Under the pieces are notes generated by a model. That model was given only the letters and a program-made list of their open reading frames with translations, was not told where the DNA came from and did no database searches. A stretch of 64,000 nt of DNA from an uncultured virus (IMG/VR IMGVR_UViG_3300012950_000001) (Duplodnaviria; Heunggongvirae; Uroviricota; Caudoviricetes): the IMG/VR virus record IMGVR_UViG_3300012950_000001; one strand, written 5' to 3'. Each line of letters opens with the position of its first letter. Position 1 is the first letter of the stretch. The translations under genes and the position numbers were made by a program. Positions 12,201 through 19,100 of the stretch are shown one piece after another.

Positions 12201-13802
12201 GTATTAACTGTTGATACATCTAAGACTGATAACTTTGGTAAAGATCTAAGATTAACGATTCCAAATAACGTTGGTGTTATTAGTGCATTTAACACAATAC
12301 TACTTAACAGAGTACAGGGATTACCTAAGATCGATGCTTCTTCTGCTATTGTTTATGTTGGTTCTGGTGGAACTACGGTAGTTAATGGTGGTGCTATTAA
12401 GTACCTAAACACTGTAACTGATGGAGTACATTTCAGAGTAAGACATAATAATCATGGTATGTATTCAGTTCAGGATCAAGTTGAATTATTTGGAATTGAA
12501 CCAGATGTTAAACCAGAAAAAGTAACTGCTTCTTTTGATTCTTCAAGTACTTCGGATATTAAAGTATCTTCTGTAGGTATCTTTACTTCATTCGAGAATT
12601 TAGTAGTTGATAGTTCCAATCCAGGCTATGCTAATATTGGTAATGAGGTTATTCAATACACTGGTGTTAATACTTCTCAAGCTACTATAACTGGTATTAC
12701 TAGATCATTTGATACTACTAAGGCTGGCGACTATAACATTAATGATAAGATCTTTAAGTATGAATTAAATGGAGTTTCATTAAGAAGACTTAATACATCC
12801 CACAAATTCACTGATGTTGATCATTCTACATATCCAATTGATGTTGATCATTATTGGGTTAAAGTTGGAGTTTCAAGTCGTGGAGTAGATAGAGCAACTG
12901 GAAACTCTAGTGGATTCCCAGAATTACATTGGAAAGAAACTAAGTCTGGTGGTAGTTATGACCAACAATATGTAATGGTTGGTGTTCCATTCGGACCAAG
13001 AGCGACACAGAATATTCCATTCAATCTTGTTAGACCTAATGTTGGAACCCTTCAACCTGATGGAACAACAATTGATGCTAAGATAAGAACATTTAGTGGT
13101 AATAGTCCAGATGGTTCTTTAACTGCCTATGTTGATCAGGGATATGAACCAATATCATTGAATAGTAATAATACAATGAGTTCTCCAAGAATCGTTAGTT
13201 CTAAGATTAATGAGCTGAATAAGTTGGCAGATTTCCCTGGCAGGAAGTCATTCACTATGCAGTTCTTTATGAAGACTCAGGATTCAAAAGTAACTCCAAT
13301 GATCGACTTGGATAGAGTTAATCTTATCACAACAATGGATAGAATTAACTCCAAGGTTACTGACTATGCAAGTGATTTGAGAGTTAATTCTCTTGATGGT
13401 GATCCAAGTGCTGCAGTTTATCTTTCTAAGATTGTTAATCTTGAAAAGGCTGCTGATGGATTGACAGTCATGTTTGATGCATACAGACATGCAACAAATG
13501 ATATTAGGGTCCTTTATAGGATATTCAGAGTAGATGCTCCACCACAATATCAGTTATTTGAACTATTCCCAGGCTATGATAATTTAGATTCTAATGGTTT
13601 AATTATCAATAAGGCTAAGAATAACGGAAAACCAGATAGAAGGATTCTTTCTTCTTCCACTGAAGCTGACTATAAAGAGTATAAGTTCAGTATTGGAGAT
13701 CTACCTCAGTTTAATGGATTCCAAATTAAAATTATTATGAGTGGTACAAACTATGCGTTTGTTCCTAAACTCCGTGATTTGAGAGCGATTGCTTCTATCT
13801 AA
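6291..13802 (+). CDS. Large virion structural protein, VrlC/DUF4815-like
   Basis: PYFDDF...YQKVLFKPG..IQSRELT.LQS.LQNQ, APGADRF, RRTYDESGNY, GFFVDNF and DPLAQSF motifs; usual position after gp8 in cyanophages. Confidence 0.8.
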   Translation: MPQNTNLNSSPYFDDFNESKNYQKVLFKPGLPIQSRELTTLQSILQNQVEKFGKHFFKEGAVVVPGQLAYESDYTCVQIDDTHLGIPVSLYVENLIGKKVKGETSGVSAKVEGYIDNRTSTKGNYTLYIKYQSSSDTDFSRNRFSDGENLIVQEDVTYSLASIRSGSSFATTLISNATSVGSAAKIAEGVYFIRGFFVTVGSATVILDQYTNTPSYRIGLLIKEELVTASNTDNDLYDNARGFSNYAAPGADRFKISTTLVKKPLTDFNDENFIELMRIEDGKISKFVKESSYNLIRDELARRTYDESGNYYIKPFPVVAKECLNDRIGNNGSYYESQLTQQGNKPKENLMCLSIGPGKAYVRGYEVETLNTTTVDVPKPRVTETIENESIPFSVGRQVELNNVYGAPDVGISTTSYIHLYNKRTATPGTASGLHVGVARLYDMKLKNVAYSGADSTFESSLYDVQTFTYLNLNTAVTSLQVPQYIEGRSSNAAGYLYESVSGRNQLVLYQVVGEFQEGEEIWANGESISRSITRIDDYGMQDVFQFVGTGSTFTADPRLTLGHLIGPTATQFTVTAGSGGVSTVTSPNASFLNVGIKTGDVLSYSVPGNTTPSYGAINQITSGEIVIGQLTTVAGVCTGTLPSATVTTSDLYRTTLEVQNNSKAYLFAELTKPNIASVGLNNANVIFRKSYTISISNNAYSGTLESDSNLSLEPFDEEDYNLAFPGSGVVESLDNQKLTVSGRTATLSNLSTASGTAVLTVTWKKVNVKPKNKIFKRATQITIDKSKSSMAGIGATTNNNGLSFSSIYGTRVEDKRISLTVPDVAYVSAILESSSTAEPQLPALTLTNLNANILNTVQGETIIGKLSGASAILVENNGSNEVKFVQQNENSFQVGEEITFEESNVVADILSATPGDRDIRNNFEFDPGQRMDYVDFSAIVRKPGSEAPTKKLKVIYNNFVIENSDPGDFVTVNSYDDEIYSYGIPFVAGRPGADIIDLRPRATSAAAGRSPFEFNARLFDPFTSSSTHVVAKDKSMNVAYDYYLGRIDKLYLTKEGIFTLATGIPAIEPKIPNAIDNALEVATITLPPYLYDSSQAKLRLARYKRYRMKDISVIEDRLKNIEYYTALSLLESETANMSLRDPQTNLDRFKAGFFVDNFKSAVAGDVTNTQYKASIDAVSGRLRPQHYTTSIDLLLGSEAIVGAATSASPAADYRYVTDLGDANVKRIGDVVCLDYSDKVYLENKFATRIENVNPFAVVNWIGQIELNPSTDTWIETRRSTATYDIEGSYNGFMGMTGADSNTGLSPIDWGSWETTWTGSSSSTGPSVFSDTRTAMTGTTETRGEYGQGGRHGVPITTHTHFTDTTRNFREQTTTTTTNQTREGIQFRVGERFDTTSLGDKVVSTEVVATMRARNIEFVCRRLKPNTRLYPFFDNIDMQKYVVPKLIEIEMVSGTFGPGEVVEGSRPNTNNDAIRFRLANQNHKYGPYNSPTQTFKENPYSPSSSISSAYSSTATLLNVDTAALELQAASGFYGYITTGMKLIGQSSGAIANVKDIRLVTDKAGVLIGSLYLPDPTVPSAPTFNTGTKTFTLTSSSANSTISGFTDSSAETNFTSSGTLQNVEASTLRMRNADVQRIPQSSDRTLSDTDSRLVVDTSFNNRSTSQTRWVDPLAQSFEVPDINGVYLTKCDVFFRAKDTNQLPVTLQVRTLQTGLPTQDILPFGEVVLDPSEVVLSEDGSKATTFTFPSPVYLEGGGEYCLVLLSASNEYYVFISRMGEEDITTVNAADSEKIIVSSQPLLGSLFKSQNGATWDPSQLEDLKFNLYRADFTTETGRVNFYNPDLEIGNRQIVSLALNPIDMLEHNKVVGLANSLTSAQITGLTEGTTIYQQNNPNFSANLSKVLGAIGIGSALVLTNVGSGFTNSSIVYNNVPLIAQTGSGSGAEIKLHVNNRVGVAATVSIGGTGYSAGDVLTVDTSKTDNFGKDLRLTIPNNVGVISAFNTILLNRVQGLPKIDASSAIVYVGSGGTTVVNGGAIKYLNTVTDGVHFRVRHNNHGMYSVQDQVELFGIEPDVKPEKVTASFDSSSTSDIKVSSVGIFTSFENLVVDSSNPGYANIGNEVIQYTGVNTSQATITGITRSFDTTKAGDYNINDKIFKYELNGVSLRRLNTSHKFTDVDHSTYPIDVDHYWVKVGVSSRGVDRATGNSSGFPELHWKETKSGGSYDQQYVMVGVPFGPRATQNIPFNLVRPNVGTLQPDGTTIDAKIRTFSGNSPDGSLTAYVDQGYEPISLNSNNTMSSPRIVSSKINELNKLADFPGRKSFTMQFFMKTQDSKVTPMIDLDRVNLITTMDRINSKVTDYASDLRVNSLDGDPSAAVYLSKIVNLEKAADGLTVMFDAYRHATNDIRVLYRIFRVDAPPQYQLFELFPGYDNLDSNGLIINKAKNNGKPDRRILSSSTEADYKEYKFSIGDLPQFNGFQIKIIMSGTNYAFVPKLRDLRAIASI

Positions 13803-14008
13803 TGGATAAAATAAAAGTCCAAGATAGTACATCGCTTTATAGAGATGTTGAATCTGGTGCAATTCTTAATTGCTCGGATAGTGAATATGATAATTATCTG
13901 CGAATGAAAAATCAAAAACTAACAGAGAAACAAGAACTTGATAACCTAAAGGATGAAATGAATGAGATCAAGTCTATGTTGAACGTAGTTTTGAGTAAAT
14001 TGTCATAA
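13802..14008 (+). CDS. Small conserved cyanophage hypothetical protein (C-terminal coiled coil)
   Basis: TAATG overlap with upstream stop; L.RD..SGAI.N motif; heptad-like C-terminus. Confidence 0.75.
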   Translation: MDKIKVQDSTSLYRDVESGAILNCSDSEYDNYLRMKNQKLTEKQELDNLKDEMNEIKSMLNVVLSKLS

Positions 14009-14011
14009 ATA
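14004..14011 (+). promoter_or_regulatory. Late promoter variant (CATAAATA)
   Basis: 7/8 match to TATAAATA, upstream of the 14034 ORF. Confidence 0.55.
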
Positions 14012-14033
14012 ACTAAAATCTTCCTATTTCACT

Positions 14034-14366
14034 ATGACGGCAAGAAATGTCAATTTAGTTCTTGATCAAGGCGTAGATTTTGAAGCAACCTTTACTATTA
14101 AAAATAATAATAATTCGTCTTTGAATTTGACTGGCTATACTGCCGAATCTAAGATTAAGAAACACCCTGACGCTACAAAATTCAATGCTTTTGTTGTTAG
14201 TTTTCCTGATAGGATAAACGGACAAGTGAAAGTTGCTCTTGCTAGCACGATTACTACTTCAATAGAAGGTGGAAGATACGTATATGATCTCGTTTTGACT
14301 TCACCCAACTCATATAAAACAAGACCCATACAGGGAAATGTTTTAGTTATACCAGGCGTTTCATAA
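14034..14366 (+). CDS. Small virion structural protein (putative Ig-like baseplate/tail adaptor)
   Basis: NL..DQG.DF...F, LNLTGYT....I.K, GRYVYD, R..QG.V.V.PGV pattern typical of T4-like cyanophage structural proteins. Confidence 0.7.
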   Translation: MTARNVNLVLDQGVDFEATFTIKNNNNSSLNLTGYTAESKIKKHPDATKFNAFVVSFPDRINGQVKVALASTITTSIEGGRYVYDLVLTSPNSYKTRPIQGNVLVIPGVS

Positions 14367-15040
14367 TGGCAGATTATCTAGTTACCTTAAATCAACCTGG
14401 CGATTATAACGTTGGTGTTGATTATGAAATTCCTTCAAAATCGATTCAATACGGTAATATCGTACTGGATACTATTGCTGGAATGAATGGGATTGGTAAA
14501 ACATTCTCATTAACTGATCAAGGTGTTGCATACAGTCCAAATAACAATCAACAATTGATTGTATCCAAGAATAATTTACTTTTAAATCCAGCAACGGATT
14601 ATAATATTTCTGGAGATAAGATTGTATTTACAACTGCACCTACTGGTACTGATAATGTTTTCATGATCGCTTTGGCCGCTGCAGCGGATCTTACCCGAAC
14701 TGTAAATTATGTAATTGATAGTGGAACTACTCCAATGATTGCTGGAGATAAGGGTAGAGTAACTATAGATGTAAGTGGAAAGATCGAAAATGTACGAGTA
14801 TTGTGTGATCAAACTGGAGATATTGTTTTCGACATATCAAAAACTACTTTCCAAAATTTCCCAAGTTTCACTAGTATCACTCAAAATCAAAGGGTTCAGT
14901 TGCAATCAACAAATAAATACTTTGATGATGTACTAAATAACTGGGATACCACAATTGTTGCAGGAGACATCCTAAACTTTAACGTGGTAAGCGTGACTAA
15001 TATTAGAAGGTTACTAATCTCTCTAAAATTAAAATTGTAG
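14366..15040 (+). CDS. Putative baseplate-associated structural protein
   Basis: TAATG coupling; contains the module NG..K.F.L...N..L.P...Y.I.G.KIVFT..P also present in the gp7-like protein. Confidence 0.65.
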   Translation: MADYLVTLNQPGDYNVGVDYEIPSKSIQYGNIVLDTIAGMNGIGKTFSLTDQGVAYSPNNNQQLIVSKNNLLLNPATDYNISGDKIVFTTAPTGTDNVFMIALAAAADLTRTVNYVIDSGTTPMIAGDKGRVTIDVSGKIENVRVLCDQTGDIVFDISKTTFQNFPSFTSITQNQRVQLQSTNKYFDDVLNNWDTTIVAGDILNFNVVSVTNIRRLLISLKLKL

Positions 15041-15045
15041 AATAC

Positions 15046-15053
15046 TATAAATA
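15046..15053 (+). promoter_or_regulatory. T4 late promoter TATAAATA
   Basis: Perfect consensus in the intergenic gap, followed by a GAGGAG RBS and ATG 15096. Confidence 0.8.
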
Positions 15054-15095
15054 AGTATAGTTCTTAAAGTCTAACCCCTCAGAGGAGTTGTATCG

Positions 15096-16103
15096 ATGGC
15101 ATTACTAGTCCCTAATATTGGTGAAATTGAGTCACTCAGGTATCTGATAGCGCAAAATAATTTCGTTGCAGATCTAGAAGATAACTCACCTAGAAACCTT
15201 GTATTGAAACTCTTTACAAGTAACACCAACCCAGCTGAAGGGGACGTTCCCTCTGCAACTGCTTACTTTGAACCGTATATTGACGGTAACGTAAATGGTT
15301 ACGGAACTACCGCAAACACTGGATATCCAGTTTGCGTTAACAACAGGGGCGACCAAGATTACAACCAGCAGTACGGAATTCTGCTAAACGGATCGAGATG
15401 GGTTATTAAGAACGTTGGTAGTGGTACAACTGCTACATACCCAGAACAGACTTTCACATTCACGGGACCTGCTGGTAACATCTACGGATATTATGTTACT
15501 CGTGCAAACAACATGCCTGTCGCAGTACAAGGTGTTGTTCATTCCGCTAGTGTCGGCATCGGAACTACAGTTACTAAGGGTAACAACACAGACCCATGTA
15601 TTGGGGTTGTTGGTAACTCTTACATCACTATTGACCCACAGGTTAGTATCAATGATCTAACTCTTGGTCAGTATGTTGCAGGTAACGCAGGTATTCAGAC
15701 TGGAACTCGAATTATTGGTATTGATAGGTCGCTACAGGTCGTGTATCTGGATAAGGCACTTGTTGATAACATTCAGGTTGCTACTGACCCAAGTATTACA
15801 TTTAGTTTCGGTAAGATTTCTATTACTAACCACGGTCTGAAGAATGGTGACATTCTTTATGTCAACTCTGGTGCTGGTAATACAACTCTTGAGTCTAATG
15901 TTTATACTATCTTCGATGTACCTAATGCAGACGAGTTTGTAACAACTCCTGCAATGACTGCTACATCTAACGGTGTATTGGGACTTAATACTGCGACTCT
16001 CTACAGTTCAATCATGTACGCTGAGAGATTCACAAACGGACCTTACAACATTCAGAACAACGGTGACCAAATCAAGATTACCTTGAACGTCGCACTCGAC
16101 TAA
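15096..16103 (+). CDS. Putative virion structural protein
   Basis: Late promoter and strong RBS; LKLFT.N..P, YPEQTFTFTG..GNIYGYYV, AERF..GPY.I...GD.IKIT pattern; Thr/Gly/Asn-rich. Confidence 0.7.
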   Translation: MALLVPNIGEIESLRYLIAQNNFVADLEDNSPRNLVLKLFTSNTNPAEGDVPSATAYFEPYIDGNVNGYGTTANTGYPVCVNNRGDQDYNQQYGILLNGSRWVIKNVGSGTTATYPEQTFTFTGPAGNIYGYYVTRANNMPVAVQGVVHSASVGIGTTVTKGNNTDPCIGVVGNSYITIDPQVSINDLTLGQYVAGNAGIQTGTRIIGIDRSLQVVYLDKALVDNIQVATDPSITFSFGKISITNHGLKNGDILYVNSGAGNTTLESNVYTIFDVPNADEFVTTPAMTATSNGVLGLNTATLYSSIMYAERFTNGPYNIQNNGDQIKITLNVALD

Positions 16104-16110
16104 GAAACAG

Positions 16111-16118
16111 ACTAAATA
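16111..16118 (+). promoter_or_regulatory. Late promoter variant (ACTAAATA)
   Basis: TAAATA core in the intergenic region upstream of the 1569-aa gene. Confidence 0.45.
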
Positions 16119-16129
16119 TTCAATATGTG

Positions 16130-16161
16130 GGGTTTGCTTTATATCTAAGCAGACCCTTTTT
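16130..16161 (+). terminator. Rho-independent terminator
   Basis: Stem GGGTTTGCTT/AAGCAGACCC (one G-U) followed by TTTTT. Confidence 0.7.
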
Positions 16162-16179
16162 AATTATAGGAGGTAGTTC

Positions 16180-19100
16180 TTGACCGTATTCGTATATGAC
16201 AATACGAAGATAGATGAATTCGTTGGAATAGATCAAGGTTCGATCTTGACTTCTTCTTCGGAGAATATCGACTATGGCGATATAAATCAAACAGCGGTTA
16301 TTGAACGAGACGCAAATTATTTTAATGTAGATTATTGGGGTGAGATCAGATGGCTTGGTGATATAGTACCATTCGGCCCAATAAATGTAGTAGATGGAAG
16401 AGATGAGTTCGGTAGATCTAGATCTCAGGTCATCTTCCCAGCAGATAACACAGTATTATTCGACGTAGGTGCTGCGGCACTGACCAATCCTGTTAGACCT
16501 TGGATTGGTTCTGGTACAATATTCGAGATTGGTCATGGACTGGAAAGACTGGTTATACCAGATCTTGGAGCGGCTGGACCAGTTATCTTCAACACCACTG
16601 GTGTTGTTGATGAGTCATATTCAAAAGCGAATTATAAAGGCAACGGTGTTGGTCTGCAAATTAGCCAAACCGCAGCCACAGAATTAGATCAAGTTTATCC
16701 GTGGGATGGAACAGGTACGTTTAATGTATCTGGAGGAACAACAACTCCTGACCACGAAAGTTACCTCCCAGTAATTAAAAACGCTGCGAAGATTAAGGGT
16801 GGTAATAGAAGAAATTATCAGATTGATAGAGTAATATTTGATTATTCTCGTGACCCAAGAGAGACTTGGACACAGGATAATTACGGTTCAGTAACTACAA
16901 GACAAGGTTCTACATTTGGTAGTACATCACTATCATTTGATGATACTATTGAAGATGCTCTTGCTAAGGAAGTATCATTCAGTGATACTTCAGTAATAAC
17001 TGGAGATAATTACGGTTTAATAACAGATACACCAACATCCTTCAGAGACGATGGTGTAATAGAAAGGAAGTTTGGTGGTCAGATATCTCTACATGAGTAT
17101 CAGGCTTATGGTGTTGGTGCTGTTGAATCCAGACCATTCTTCTTCAATGGTTCAGGAAGTATATTCAAACTTGCTGAAGCAACCGATGTTGCTCAGACAC
17201 CAGTTGTTACTGGTTCTGGTACTATTAATGTTTCTGGAACCAACTGGTTCAGTCAGGCTCCACAAAGTACAGTATTTGGTGTTGGTGATACCGTTACTGT
17301 ATCTGGTAGTGCAGATGAGAGGTTCGTTCCTCAGACTCCAGAAGGTACAGTACTCTACAGTGTAACTGGTAACGCTGATACTGCAAGATCTAGAATTACT
17401 ACTGGATCTAGAAATCCATTCAGGATTACTGGATCTGTATCCGATATTAGTATTGTTACTGGTAGTGGTGATAAGTCTAATACCGTACTCTACAGTATTA
17501 GTGGTGGATATACCGATCTTAAGGCCGTTAAGGCAGATGGTAATATAAACCTCTTCGATATTACTGGAGGAATGACACAGGGCAAACCTGTATTCACTCC
17601 TTCTTGGTTCTCTCCTCTTGGAGATCAGGTTACAGAAGAACTGGATTGGGGTCAAATTGTTGCGACTCCAACTCAGCCTGCGGAAGATTGGGAAGTCATC
17701 AGGACAAACGACGAGACTATTCCAAAATCAGCAGAGAATTGGGGATATCTCCTTCCAGACTTCAACTGGGCTCAACTTGGAGGACAACATTATCCAAATC
17801 TGGATTCTCTCTCAACAGGAGAATCTTCTTGGATCAGACAGACTTCTGCTATTACAGAGACTGCGACATTCCTCCTTTCAGAGGATCCAGATGTTGCAGC
17901 TGCACTTGCTTGGGAATCTTCTGGAAAATCTGGTATTGCTACACACAATGCTGGTATATTCATATCTGGAGAACTCTGGTTATCACAGGCTCCACAACAC
18001 ACAGTATTCGGTGAAGAAGGTCAATTTACCATCAGTAGTACTGGTAATGAGTCTATCACTCCTTGGATTCCTGAAGGAAGTGGATCACTCTTTACTCTTG
18101 GTGGATCTGCTGAGGCTACTACTAAGGCACACCTACAAGGTGATTATCAGTACATTGGTGGTACTGCTGGTCAGGTCTTTAGTCCTGCTGTGCCAGGTAC
18201 TGGTTCTATTACCCTCAGTCAGGGTAGAGAGCCAGGTCAGACATACAGTAGAATCATTGATACACCAGAGTTGGCCTTTGGTGGAACCTTCAATATGGTT
18301 GGTCAGGCTCTCAGTCAGGCCTTCTTCGCATATAATACTTCCTCACTATTCGTTGGTCAGACCAATGAGGATTACGGTAATATTACTAATGATCCAGCCT
18401 TCGGTTGGGATCTCAATCAACTTGGTCAGGCTTCTGGTACTGAGACATTCGATGATGAGACTAACAAATATGACCAAGATGTTCTCTTCAGTAGTGGAGG
18501 TCTAACATACGACCAAGGATCTGGTGGTGTTACAGTTCTACCTTCCTTTGATAAGACTAATAGTTACTCTAGTGATCTTTCTACAACTGTTGTATCTCAG
18601 TCTTGGGGTATTCTTGGAGAACAACAGCTTGAACCTAGATCTGACGCTCAATATACTCAAGAGACTCCACACTTCACTGGATTCAAACATCAGAGTGAGG
18701 GTACTAGGAACGGACTTGAAGACTTTGGTTGGGTTAATGAGACTGCACCAACAGCGAACAGGTATCCATTCGAGACTCCAATCAAGATTGTTGATGCTTC
18801 TCCTCCTGCCAAGACTCAGTGGATTCCGAAGTATCACGGTTCTGGAACACTTATTGTTACTGGTCTTTCTACAGCTCCTGTTAGAGTTGCTGTTGCAAGT
18901 AGTAATACAACACTATTCGACTTCCAAGGTACAACTGCACCAGAGAAGTTTATTGCTCAGACTCCAGAGAATACTGTTCTTTACGATACCTCTGGTCTTC
19001 TTGTCGAAAGAACCACCAAGGATTGGGTTGGTCTTGGAACCATCACCCTCCAAAAACATCAGGGTGTTGGATTTACCACTTACAGAAGAATCATCTTCCC

